From Nitrospiria bacterium (GTDB taxonomy: Bacteria; Nitrospirota; Nitrospiria; JACQBW01), in assembly GCA_041486115.1 (NCBI GenBank), contig JBGPKT010000001.1:405-64404 (forward strand): 64,000 nucleotides of DNA, given 5' to 3'. How positions within the stretch are numbered: position 1 is the first letter of the stretch; each line of letters starts with the position of its first letter. Shown here one piece after another: positions 48,872 through 57,263 of this stretch. Below the pieces are notes generated by a model. That model ran no database searches. It saw nothing but the letters and a program-made list of their open reading frames with translations, and was not told the DNA's origin. The translations under genes and the position numbers were made by a program.

Positions 48872-49615
48872 ATGAAAAACCAGAGAAAATCATCCCCCAT
48901 CCGTTTTGTTTTTTATTTTTTATTGATTCCGGCGGCCATTTTTTTACTCGGCGGATGTTCGGCTCAAAAAAAAGATGAGTTAGGGCCTGAACTCCGGTCG
49001 CTGTTGGGCGTTGATGAAAAACTGGCTGAAACACCGCAGGAAGATTTTGAAAAAACTTTCGATGCCAGCACCTTGATCAAGCGGGCGGAGACTTTCTATG
49101 CGCAGGAAGAGTACGAATCGGCTCTTGCGGAATATCAGCGTTTTTTAGATCTTCACCCGATAGACCGCCTCGCGAACCTCGCCAGATTTAGAATCGGCTT
49201 GTGCTACTATCATCAGATTAAAACCATCGACCGTGACATTGACCCGATGCAAAAAGCCCTTTCGGCTTTTCAAAACCTTGTGACCGAAGCCCCTCAGAGC
49301 CTCTATGCTCTAAAATCCGAACCCTATATTCTTGAGTTAAAGAAAGACCTGTCGGAACGGGAGTTTTATATCGGTTATTTTTATTTTAAAAAGGGCTCTT
49401 ATCCCGCCGCTACAGCCCGGCTCGATGGTTTATTGAAAAATTACCCTGAATCGGAAAAAACAAACGACACACTCTTTTATCTCGGTTCTTCGTACGAAAA
49501 GCAGGGGAATTCAGATAAAGCCAAAACCCTTTTTGCGCAACTCCTCAAAAAAGATCCGAAAACCAAATACCGGGATCAGATCGTCCGGCTTTACCCCCTC
49601 CTCGCCTCGCCTTAG
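48872..49615 (+). CDS. bamD: outer membrane protein assembly factor BamD (TPR lipoprotein)
   Basis: Lipobox LLGGC; TPR repeats (AQEEYESALAEYQRFL, YFKKGSYPAATARLDGLLKNYP). Confidence 0.8.
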   Translation: MKNQRKSSPIRFVFYFLLIPAAIFLLGGCSAQKKDELGPELRSLLGVDEKLAETPQEDFEKTFDASTLIKRAETFYAQEEYESALAEYQRFLDLHPIDRLANLARFRIGLCYYHQIKTIDRDIDPMQKALSAFQNLVTEAPQSLYALKSEPYILELKKDLSEREFYIGYFYFKKGSYPAATARLDGLLKNYPESEKTNDTLFYLGSSYEKQGNSDKAKTLFAQLLKKDPKTKYRDQIVRLYPLLASP

Positions 49616-49630
49616 GAGTCGATACTCCTG

Positions 49631-50275
49631 ATGCGTTACTACCCTATTTTCGTCAACCTTGAAAACCGGATTGTCGTCGTCGTCGGAGGAGGCCCCGTTT
49701 CAGAGAGAAAAACCCTCGCCTTAATCGAAGCGGGGGCGAATGTGGTCTTGATCAGCCCGGTCATCACCAATCCATTAAAAGAGCTGGCCGAATCACGGCA
49801 GATCCATTATATTCCCCGTCCCTATCAATCCGGAGACTTAAAAGGGGCCTCGCTGGTGATTGCCGCCACCGATTCTCCGGAGACCAATCTGATGATCGTC
49901 AAAGAAGCCGAATCTCTCTCCCTTTTTGCAAACCATGTCAATTCACCTGACCATTCAACCTTTATCGTCCCCTCGGTCGTTACCAAAAAAGATCTGCAGA
50001 TCGCGATTTCAACCAGCGGACAGAGCCCTGCGCTCACCAAACAGATCCGTCAGAAACTGGAAAAAGAATTCGGTCCGGAATATGATCTTTTTATCGATCT
50101 TTTAAGCCAGGTGCGGCGTCTTCTTCACAAAAAGGCCATTCCCGAAAAGATCAGAGGGGATATTTTGAATAAATTGGCCGAATCTGATATATTGCATTTG
50201 TTGAAAATGAATGAAAAGGAAAAGGCTTTAGATAGGGCAAAAGAAATCTCACAGCTTAGCGAAATTAAACTGTAA
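49631..50275 (+). CDS. precorrin-2 dehydrogenase / sirohydrochlorin ferrochelatase (siroheme synthase N-domain, SirC/Met8-like)
   Basis: YPIFVNLENRIVVVVGGGPVSERK is the Rossmann signature of the CysG N-domain. 214 aa. Confidence 0.8.
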   Translation: MRYYPIFVNLENRIVVVVGGGPVSERKTLALIEAGANVVLISPVITNPLKELAESRQIHYIPRPYQSGDLKGASLVIAATDSPETNLMIVKEAESLSLFANHVNSPDHSTFIVPSVVTKKDLQIAISTSGQSPALTKQIRQKLEKEFGPEYDLFIDLLSQVRRLLHKKAIPEKIRGDILNKLAESDILHLLKMNEKEKALDRAKEISQLSEIKL

Positions 50276-50290
50276 CCGTCTATAGGCATA

Positions 50291-50458
50291 ATGGGTATGT
50301 TATATAGTTTTGCTCGCGCGCTCCAACTCATCGGCCTGGCAATCACCTTTGTGGTGGTCGTCCTCTTTTTCGATTCCTCTTATAAAATGGGGTTCCTGAT
50401 GTCTGCGGCCATTACGGGCATGGTCACGTTCTACGCCGGGTGGTTCCTTCAGCAATAA
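50291..50458 (+). CDS. possible 55-aa two-helix membrane protein
   Basis: ATG 50291 to TAA 50456-58. MGMLYSFARALQLIGLAITFVVVVLFF...GMVTFYAGWFLQQ. No clear SD. Confidence 0.3.
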   Translation: MGMLYSFARALQLIGLAITFVVVVLFFDSSYKMGFLMSAAITGMVTFYAGWFLQQ

Positions 50459-50467
50459 ACCGAAGCT

Positions 50468-51349
50468 TTATTCCGGAAGTTGGGCCATCTTCTCAACCAC
50501 CTGGACCAATGCGGAGAAGTCCATCTCCCCCAGCCCCTGCGATTTTGCAATATCAAAAAGGCCGTCGACGACTGACGTCACCGGCATCGGAACTTCCAGA
50601 CGCATCGCTTCGGTCGCCGCCAGACGAATGTCTTTCGCCATATGTTTAAGGGAAAAATGGGTTTCAAAATTTTTCTTCAAGACCGCATCACCTTTCATTT
50701 TCAACAGGGGGGAAGCAAGGGCGCTATGATTTAAAACTTCAAGAATTTTTTCCGGAGCGAGCCCCGCTTTTCTCCCGAGCGTCATCCCTTCAAAAAAGGC
50801 TTCCATCGCCCCCGCCATCGACAGGTTGTTCACCAGTTTCATCAAAGCCCCTTTTCCGGCTTCCCCCATATAAACGATTTTTTTTGAAAGGGGCTTTAAG
50901 ACCGGCAAAATTCTTTCAAGGTCTTTTTCTTCCCCTCCGGCCATTAAGACCAGCTCTCCCGCCGCGGCGGCCAGCTTGCTCCCGGTCACCGGAGCCTCCA
51001 CGAAATAAGCCCCTTTTTGATAAAAAGCGTTCGATAGCCGGCGGGTGGTGTTGGGGTCGATGGTGGTCATTTCAATATGGGTGGCTTCCTTTCTGATTCC
51101 TTCAAGGACCCCCCCTTTTCCCAGAATCACCTCTTTAACCGACGCCGGGTCGCCCAGCATGGTGATGCTGACCTCACTGTCGGATACTGCCTCTGCGGGA
51201 GTTTTCGCTTCAACGGCGCCCAGTTCGATTAATGCTCTGGTTTTCCCCGGCGTCCGGTTATAAACCGTCAGATGGAATCCGGCCCCCAGAAGGCGTTTGC
51301 ACATTCCGCTTCCCATGATTCCCAAACCTAAAAAAGCGACTTTTTTCAT
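50468..51349 (-). CDS. NAD(P)-dependent oxidoreductase, 3-hydroxyisobutyrate dehydrogenase family
   Basis: VAFLGLGIMGSGM Rossmann motif; 6PGDH NAD-binding and C-terminal helical domains. Confidence 0.85.
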   Translation of the reverse strand: MKKVAFLGLGIMGSGMCKRLLGAGFHLTVYNRTPGKTRALIELGAVEAKTPAEAVSDSEVSITMLGDPASVKEVILGKGGVLEGIRKEATHIEMTTIDPNTTRRLSNAFYQKGAYFVEAPVTGSKLAAAAGELVLMAGGEEKDLERILPVLKPLSKKIVYMGEAGKGALMKLVNNLSMAGAMEAFFEGMTLGRKAGLAPEKILEVLNHSALASPLLKMKGDAVLKKNFETHFSLKHMAKDIRLAATEAMRLEVPMPVTSVVDGLFDIAKSQGLGEMDFSALVQVVEKMAQLPE

Positions 51350-51581
51350 TCAATGACTCCTTCATTCATGATGGATTCGATGCTCAAGCGTATACGAAGG
51401 GACAAGCAAAAAGGGACGATAGGAGTTCTTCACCTTTCTTAAAGGCAAAAGGTCCGAGTCATCCATCGTATTGATCCAGGGATAGGCGCTCTGTTCAAGG
51501 CAAAACTCCCTGAAGATAAATTGAGCAAGCCCCCTGACTGAAAGATCGGTCACTTCCGCCAGGACCGCCAGCGTCTTTTCA

Positions 51582-51656
51582 TTCCGGTCTTGAAACCGAC
51601 CGATCCATCCGGTCTTTGGACCGACCGATCCACAGGTCGGAAGGTCGGGCGACAAG
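51582..51656 (+). repeat. dispersed modular repeat copy F (two units + tail), in frame in the DUF2156 gene
   Basis: TTCCGGTCTTGAAACCGACCGATCCATCCGGTCTTTGGACCGACCGATCCACAGGTCGGAAGGTCGGGCGACAAG; encodes LSPDLPTCGSVGPKTGWIGRFQDRN. Confidence 0.85.
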
Positions 51657-52281
51657 TCCGCCCCCATCAGGTATCCCTTGATTTCAGAGCCGACCGTGAC
51701 CACTCGCCCGATCAGACCAAGGTCCTGATACTCCCGCATCATTCTAAAATGGGCGGAGCGGCTATCTTCGAGCAAATGAATTTCATACTCCCCCTCCCCT
51801 GTTTTGATCCCTTTTTTCTTTCGCTCTTTCCATTGATCATACAGCGCCAGACAACCAGGAACATCCGGAGGGACAAAGGGACGGTATTCAAACGGGTGGT
51901 TTTTTACAAACTGATTGACTCCCCATCTTTTTTCTTTATATCGGTCCCCTTTTAAACCGCTCAAGGCGGTTCTCTCGTAGAGATAATCCCAGGATTTGAG
52001 GGAAGCGGTAAGCTCGCGGGAAGCGACTTCAGCTATTTCATCCAGAGTGACATTTTCGATCCGGCTCAATGACCGATTCTTATTGAGCTGATCCATCACT
52101 TCAAATGCCCGGGGAATCGACAATTTTAAAGGAGTGTCTCCCAGCGGCGGGACCGGCATATACCAGATGGCGTCATAAGAGGCCAGAAGGTAAACGGTAT
52201 CGCCCTCCCGGAAGAGGTGATATTCAAAAAAATCTTTCCAGACCCAGATGGCCGCAAAAGAGCAGGCCGAAAGAAGCCGAG

Positions 52282-52291
52282 TTTTTTTTTT
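52282..52291. repeat. T10/A10 homopolymer at the frameshift site
   Basis: Counted directly: ten T on the plus strand. Confidence 0.9.
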
Positions 52292-52343
52292 AGTAACCGG
52301 TCGATCAAAGGTTTGTCTTCAAGGGTCAGGGGAGCGAGCATTT

Positions 52344-52997
52344 TCAGGATGCCCCTTCCGGTCTTGCGTTCGACCGATCCAAAGGCCGGACAAGAAGTTT
52401 AAGAAGGATGACATCCTCCTGGAAAGGCCCGATAAGCTCCTGATTTTTTTGAAGCATCGATTGAATCCGGGGGGACTCCAGAATTTGAATCAGCTCTTCG
52501 CCATACTTCCGGATGGCCGGACTGTTTGAAACCTCCTGGATATAGGGGCATTTGGTATCGATCCCCACTGTTACATGATCATCTTTTTTCATCAACACAA
52601 AAGGATAGATCTGACAATCAAAAGGTCTGCCTTCATAGATTGAACATTTGTGCGACAGAGGGTCAAAAGCGGGGCAGAGACATCCTCCGTTATGGCCCGG
52701 GCTTTCAACCGCTTCGGGAAAAGGGATTAATCTGATCCTCCCCGATTTTCCATCCGGTCCGGTCTTTGGATCGACGGATCCATCCGGTCTTTGGACCGAC
52801 CGATCCACAGGTCGGAAGGTCGGAAAAAAATCCAGCGGGAGCCCCGTCACCAGAGCGTTCTTCACCTCCTCCGCGGTAAAATAAGGAGCTAAAGGGGTGT
52901 CCGCTTCCGGGAACCGACAGCAGATATCGCATTTTAAACAGAGTTCAGAGGGAACCAACTGAACGAGAGGGGAATCGGCCTTGACAGTTTTCATCAC
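52344..52997 (-). CDS. YkgJ-family Cys-cluster (CxxCxxCC) protein carrying two repeat copies
   Basis: CLKCDICCR motif and later CPAF/C..C residues. Internal insert RPVDRSVQRPDGSVDPKTGPDG and C-terminal tail RPLDRSNARPEGAS are both repeat-derived. Confidence 0.6.
   Translation of the reverse strand: MMKTVKADSPLVQLVPSELCLKCDICCRFPEADTPLAPYFTAEEVKNALVTGLPLDFFPTFRPVDRSVQRPDGSVDPKTGPDGKSGRIRLIPFPEAVESPGHNGGCLCPAFDPLSHKCSIYEGRPFDCQIYPFVLMKKDDHVTVGIDTKCPYIQEVSNSPAIRKYGEELIQILESPRIQSMLQKNQELIGPFQEDVILLKLLVRPLDRSNARPEGAS
52356..52394 (+). repeat. dispersed modular repeat copy G (one degenerate unit + short tail), 3' end of the YkgJ-like gene
   Basis: TTCCGGTCTTGCGTTCGACCGATCCAAAGGCCGGACAAG. Confidence 0.7.
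52748..52824 (+). repeat. dispersed modular repeat copy H (two units + tail), internal to the YkgJ-like gene
   Basis: TTCCATCCGGTCCGGTCTTTGGATCGACGGATCCATCCGGTCTTTGGACCGACCGATCCACAGGTCGGAAGGTCGGAAA. Confidence 0.85.
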
Positions 52998-53302
52998 CTG
53001 GCTCTAAAGATTTTCACGGCAAAATAACCCCGGATGGCCGGAACAGGAGGTACGATTTTTTTTAGAAAAATCGTCACCCCTTTAACGGGGAATTGGCTTA
53101 AAATCCCGGCGGCCATCTCCTCGGCCATCGCTTCGAGAAGGGAAAACGATCGGCTCTGTCCGACAGAGAGAACGTTATTGGAAACCGCTTCATAGTCGAT
53201 CGTATCGTGAAGATGGTCTGATTCCCCCGCGCGCTTTAAGTCAAAATCGAGCTCTATCGACACCGAAAACCGCTGAAGGGCATTCCGCTCCGTTTCAGGC
53301 AC
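52994..53302 (-). CDS. folB: dihydroneopterin aldolase (coordinates from the first canonical start, GTG; homology continues upstream to about 53343)
   Basis: QRFSVSIELDFDLKRAGESDHLHDTIDYEAV is FolB-like. The in-frame upstream codons encode ILIEGIDFLGHCG, the conserved first strand. Confidence 0.75.
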   Translation of the reverse strand: MPETERNALQRFSVSIELDFDLKRAGESDHLHDTIDYEAVSNNVLSVGQSRSFSLLEAMAEEMAAGILSQFPVKGVTIFLKKIVPPVPAIRGYFAVKIFRAR

Positions 53303-53376
53303 GCCGCAATGCCCTAAAAAGTCAATCCCTTCAATAAGGATTGTGTCAGAAACCTGATGTTGTCCGCCAAGGCTTT

Positions 53377-53703
53377 TTATTTTATTTTTCCGATCTTTTC
53401 AGCAGGTTCCATCTGAAAATGGAGAATATTGGAAACCACTTCGCCGGCGATGAGATGTTTTTCGATAATTCTCCTGACCGCCGATTTATCGACGTTGCAA
53501 TACCAGGTCCCCTCGGGATAGATCACCAGATTAATCCCATATTGACATTGGTCAAAACAGCCCGATTTGTTTAATTTGACCTCGGTATTAAAAATCTTCC
53601 GCTCCATCAACTGGGTTCTAAATTCATCCCTGATTTCCTCCGATCCCTTTTGAAGACAATCATTCCCCTGGCAGATAAAAATATGTTTAGAGTAAGGTTT
53701 CAT
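53377..53703 (-). CDS. thioredoxin-like [2Fe-2S] ferredoxin
   Basis: HIFICQGNDC...SGCFDQCQYGINLVIYPEGTWY carries the Cys pattern of (2Fe-2S) Trx-like ferredoxins. Confidence 0.75.
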   Translation of the reverse strand: MKPYSKHIFICQGNDCLQKGSEEIRDEFRTQLMERKIFNTEVKLNKSGCFDQCQYGINLVIYPEGTWYCNVDKSAVRRIIEKHLIAGEVVSNILHFQMEPAEKIGKIK

Positions 53704-53837
53704 TTATTTATTCCGATCCCGTCAAAAAGTTTCTACCCTGGAGAATTATACCTGACACGTTTCGCCTTTTCAATCCTGATCCTAACCGGGGCCTTGTTTA
53801 TTGTTCGATTTTCAAATAAAATGGCAACTATTATTCC

Positions 53838-55343
53838 TTGAAAACGCAGAGGTCTATGCCCAAACACTTTTTCAAACGCCAGTCTATTTCTACGACCATT
53901 GCGATCATTACCTTTTTGGGCGGAACCCTTTTTGCGTTTATCATCGCCGGAACCGCCTATAAAATTAACCGCCTTGGAGATATTGCGGGAGAATCAAAAG
54001 CGCTCTTCTGGACATACCTTGAACTCAGCCTGATTCTGACCGCCTTTGCCATGGCGTTCCTCTATTCCATACTCCGTAAAATTGTGACCCTTCCGCTCCG
54101 GAAATTAATCCACGCTTCGGAACGTCTCGGACGCGGAGAACTCGGAGTCCAGATCCCTGAGACGTCATCGTATGAAATCGGCAGACTGACCGGAGCCTTC
54201 AATCAGATGTCTGTCTCTCTGGCCTCACAGCAGAACGCTTTAAAAACCTCTGAAGAAAGATATTTACAGATTTTTCATTTTTTCCCCCTTCCCCTTATCT
54301 TGATGAACAACAGGGGACAGATCATTAATGTCAATTCGGTCTATCTTTCGCAGGCTGAAAAGAACCCCTATTACCTGAAAGAGTGGGAGGGGAAATCTGC
54401 GCTCGATCTTCCTTTCATTCAAAAAGGAAGAATTCAGCCTAAAATTCATCAGTTACTGGAACAAGGCGAATCTTTTAAAATGTCTAAATTCTCTATTTCT
54501 CTGAACGAAACGCTCACCCCCGGTATTTTTAATGTCAGCGGAATTCCCCTTTTTGGCACTCCCGACAGGTTAAACGCCGCCATTCTGGCGATAGAAGATA
54601 TTACCTTTCAGCAAAACCTTGAAAACCAGCTGGTCCAGGCTCAGAAAATGGAGAGTCTCGAGATCCTGTCGGGGGGGATTGCCCATGATTTTAATAATAT
54701 CCTGACCGGAATCCTCGGATATTCTCAATTATTAAAGGAACAACTACCCTCCGATGATTTTAATCAAAAAGCATTAAGAGCCATTGAAAAATCATCCCTC
54801 CGGGCAAGAGATCTGATTCAGCAAATGATCGGTTTTGCCCAATGGCATCCTCTGGCCAAATCAAGGGTAGAAGTCAACGCCCTCGTTACCGAAATAGTTG
54901 CCCTGGTGCAGAAAACGCTCGACCGGGAGATCCGGATTCAGGCGGTCCTTGTGAAGGAACCCTGTTTTATTCTTGTCGATGCCGACCAGCTACATCAGGC
55001 GCTATTGAATCTCTGTATTAACGCCCGCGACGCGATTCAAACGAAGGGAGGGAAGATCCTGTTAAAAACCGAGAGGAAATCTATCGAAGAAGTTCTCTCC
55101 GGAGAATCAGAAAAAAAAGAGTTTGTCGATATGATTGTTCAGGATAATGGCATAGGAATGGAGCCTGATGTTCTTGCTCATATTTTTGAACCCTTTTATA
55201 CGACCAAAGAGGTTGGAAAAGGGTCAGGGCTCGGGTTATCGGTTACCTACGGGATTGTCAAAGCAAACGGCGGTGACATTACTGTTCATTCCGAACCCGG
55301 AAAAGAAACAATTTTTACCCTCCGCTTCCCTCTTATCAACTAG
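53838..55343 (+). CDS. sensor histidine kinase (2 TM, HAMP, PAS, HisKA, HATPase_c)
   Basis: H-box GGIAHDFNNILTGI, N-box LCINARDA, DNGIGM, GSGLGLS. TTG start; alternative ATG at 53856. Confidence 0.88.
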   Translation: MKTQRSMPKHFFKRQSISTTIAIITFLGGTLFAFIIAGTAYKINRLGDIAGESKALFWTYLELSLILTAFAMAFLYSILRKIVTLPLRKLIHASERLGRGELGVQIPETSSYEIGRLTGAFNQMSVSLASQQNALKTSEERYLQIFHFFPLPLILMNNRGQIINVNSVYLSQAEKNPYYLKEWEGKSALDLPFIQKGRIQPKIHQLLEQGESFKMSKFSISLNETLTPGIFNVSGIPLFGTPDRLNAAILAIEDITFQQNLENQLVQAQKMESLEILSGGIAHDFNNILTGILGYSQLLKEQLPSDDFNQKALRAIEKSSLRARDLIQQMIGFAQWHPLAKSRVEVNALVTEIVALVQKTLDREIRIQAVLVKEPCFILVDADQLHQALLNLCINARDAIQTKGGKILLKTERKSIEEVLSGESEKKEFVDMIVQDNGIGMEPDVLAHIFEPFYTTKEVGKGSGLGLSVTYGIVKANGGDITVHSEPGKETIFTLRFPLIN

Positions 55344-55439
55344 CAGGGTGCTGAAAAACCACGCCTCTGTCATTCTGAAAAACCTTGGAATTATTCGGCT
55401 TCATCTCAGAAGGACAATCACTAAAAATAGTTGAATTTA

Positions 55440-55468
55440 TTGATTTTTTTACTGCTTTAAGGTATGAT
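55440..55468 (+). promoter_or_regulatory. sigma-70-type promoter TTGATT-17 nt-TATGAT
   Basis: -35 at 55440-45 and -10 at 55463-68. AAGAGGA SD precedes the ATG at 55500. Confidence 0.5.
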
Positions 55469-55499
55469 TTTTCTTTCGATTTAAATAAGAGGACATACC

Positions 55500-55922
55500 A
55501 TGATTACAAGACCCACGATTGCCATAACCGTCACCCGGTTGCCTGCAAAGGAGGTCCTTGCGTATTGTAAAAAATGCAAGGTCCCCCGGAACCATTTGAT
55601 TGTCACGCTGAAGAGTGAAAAGAACTCCAAAGTTCAGTGTAAAATTTGCGGAGGGGAGCACCGGTTCGTGTCTCCCGATTTTCCTAAAGGTTCTTCACGT
55701 CCAAAACAGAAGAAAGAAGCCTTCTGGGAAGAGCTGTTGAAACCTCTGACCGCTAAAATAAAAATCCCGTATACCCTCTCAGGCAGGTACAGGGGGAACG
55801 ACGTCATCGAACATCCGACTTTTGGGGTGGGAATTGTTACTCAGGTTCTCTCCAGAGAAAAAGTCCTGGTGGTTTTCAAAGAAGGAGAAAAACTTCTCGC
55901 TTCTGGAAGACCGACCTTCTAA
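55500..55922 (+). CDS. hypothetical protein: N-terminal zinc ribbon + C-terminal small beta domain
   Basis: CKKCKVPRNH...CKICGGEH, and C-terminal HPTFGVGIVTQVLSREKVLVVFKEGEKLL. Confidence 0.55.
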   Translation: MITRPTIAITVTRLPAKEVLAYCKKCKVPRNHLIVTLKSEKNSKVQCKICGGEHRFVSPDFPKGSSRPKQKKEAFWEELLKPLTAKIKIPYTLSGRYRGNDVIEHPTFGVGIVTQVLSREKVLVVFKEGEKLLASGRPTF

Positions 55923-55926
55923 ATTT

Positions 55927-57018
55927 TTATTTTGGAAATTCAGCCGGCGCTTTAATCGTCTGCCACCCTTCTCCGCCGAGCGTTTTTAAGAACGCGACAA
56001 TATCCCCCTTTTCGGCATCCGTCAATTTAAGTGGAATGACCAACCCGTCCTGAAAAGGATTTTTGATTCCTCCATTATTATAAAAGGTGACCACTTCCTC
56101 TAAAGCCTTAAACCGCCCGTCATGCATATAAGGCCCTGTAAGAGCTATTTCTCTGAGGGTCGGCGTTTTAAATGCGCCCTTATCACCTTCCTGTTTGGTG
56201 ACCTCATACCGTCCCAAGTCGGGCTTTGCGGCATCCATCCCTATGCCCACATTATGAAATTTTTCATCGGTAAAGTTATACCCGGAATGGCATTTGGTGC
56301 AGCGGGCTTTGTTCCGGAATAACTCAAGACCCCGAATGGCAGAAGCCGATATGGCATCGGCTTCCCCGCCCGTATCATACCGGTCGGCAGGGCTGTTCCC
56401 GGATAAAACCGTGCGTTCAAAAGTCGCTATCGCTTTTCCAACCCCTTCGATGGTCACATCGGTTCCAAACACCTTATTAAATTGATTGCGGTACCCTTCG
56501 ATCCCTTTTAGTTTCTTCACCACTTCATCATGATTGCCAAACCCATGTTCAATCGGATTCACCAGAGGCCCCAGAGCCTGCTGTTCCATCGTGGCCGCCC
56601 GCCCGTCCCAGAATTGGACCTGGCTAAAGCCGCGGTTGATCACCGTCGGAGCGCTTCTCCCTCCCTTTAATCCGCTGATCCCGGTAGATACCGGTTGGCC
56701 GTCTGTAAACGCCAGGGCAGGAATATGACAACTTGCACAGGCAACGGAGTTATTCCGGGAAAGCCTGTTATCAAAAAAGAGCCATTTTCCGAGCTCCACT
56801 TTTTCTAAGGTCATGGCGTTGTCGGAAGGAATAGAAAAGGCGTCCGCTTCCAGGCCAAGAGGAATCACCGGCCGAAAACTGTCTTTTAGCGCGGGAGGCT
56901 TCCCTTCCGAAAGACCGGCGCTAAATACCGGCAATGGAAAAAAGAACGCTGAGACCACCGCAAAAAACAATCCCATGTTCATCACTCTTTTCTCGTGATT
57001 TTTTAAAAAAGGCTTCAT
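55927..57018 (-). CDS. di-haem cytochrome c peroxidase (CCP/MauG family)
   Basis: Signal peptide; two CxxCH motifs (CASCH, CTKCH); conserved FKTPTLREIALTGPYMHDG. Confidence 0.9.
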   Translation of the reverse strand: MKPFLKNHEKRVMNMGLFFAVVSAFFFPLPVFSAGLSEGKPPALKDSFRPVIPLGLEADAFSIPSDNAMTLEKVELGKWLFFDNRLSRNNSVACASCHIPALAFTDGQPVSTGISGLKGGRSAPTVINRGFSQVQFWDGRAATMEQQALGPLVNPIEHGFGNHDEVVKKLKGIEGYRNQFNKVFGTDVTIEGVGKAIATFERTVLSGNSPADRYDTGGEADAISASAIRGLELFRNKARCTKCHSGYNFTDEKFHNVGIGMDAAKPDLGRYEVTKQEGDKGAFKTPTLREIALTGPYMHDGRFKALEEVVTFYNNGGIKNPFQDGLVIPLKLTDAEKGDIVAFLKTLGGEGWQTIKAPAEFPK

Positions 57019-57021
57019 CTT

Positions 57022-57033
57022 CCCCCCCCCCCC
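57022..57033 (-). repeat. G12 homopolymer (C12 on the plus strand), 3 nt upstream of the ccp start codon
   Basis: Counted directly. Minus strand reads AAAATC-G12-AAG-ATG. Confidence 0.9.
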
Positions 57034-57263
57034 GATTTTTTATTAATAATTAAAACTATCTAGTAACTAATACTAAGTAGTTTTAAAAATAATGTCAAGT
57101 CCAAAAATGAAGGGTTGACTTTTGTAACCATTTCTTTACTTACATAACATCATGGGCGGAGCGTTGTTTTCAAGATTTTTTTAGGTTATACTCTGCCCTG
57201 TAAACATCAGGCATGACCTCTGTCCGCGAATATTTTATCCATTATCTTAATAGGGAGATTCCG

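Larger units (their letters stand above)
51362..52341 (-). pseudogene. DUF2156 (lysyl-PG synthase C-terminal-like) gene interrupted by a frameshift in an A10 tract; also carries repeat copy F
   Basis: The 71-aa ORF (52126..52341) and the 265-aa ORF (51362..52159) join into one DUF2156-like protein if one A is added at 52282-52291 (...LLKKKTRLLSACSFAAIWVWKDFFEYHLF...). Confidence 0.6.

Noticed and set aside
48741-49034. 97-aa minus-strand ORF overlapping the bamD start
   Set aside because: It overlaps the well-supported bamD lipoprotein signal region and has no motif support.
52748-52824. Possible CRISPR array, given the tandem 24-25-nt units
   Set aside because: The units are directly adjacent with no spacers, at most 2-3 per locus. 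They lie inside ORFs, and no cas genes are in the window.
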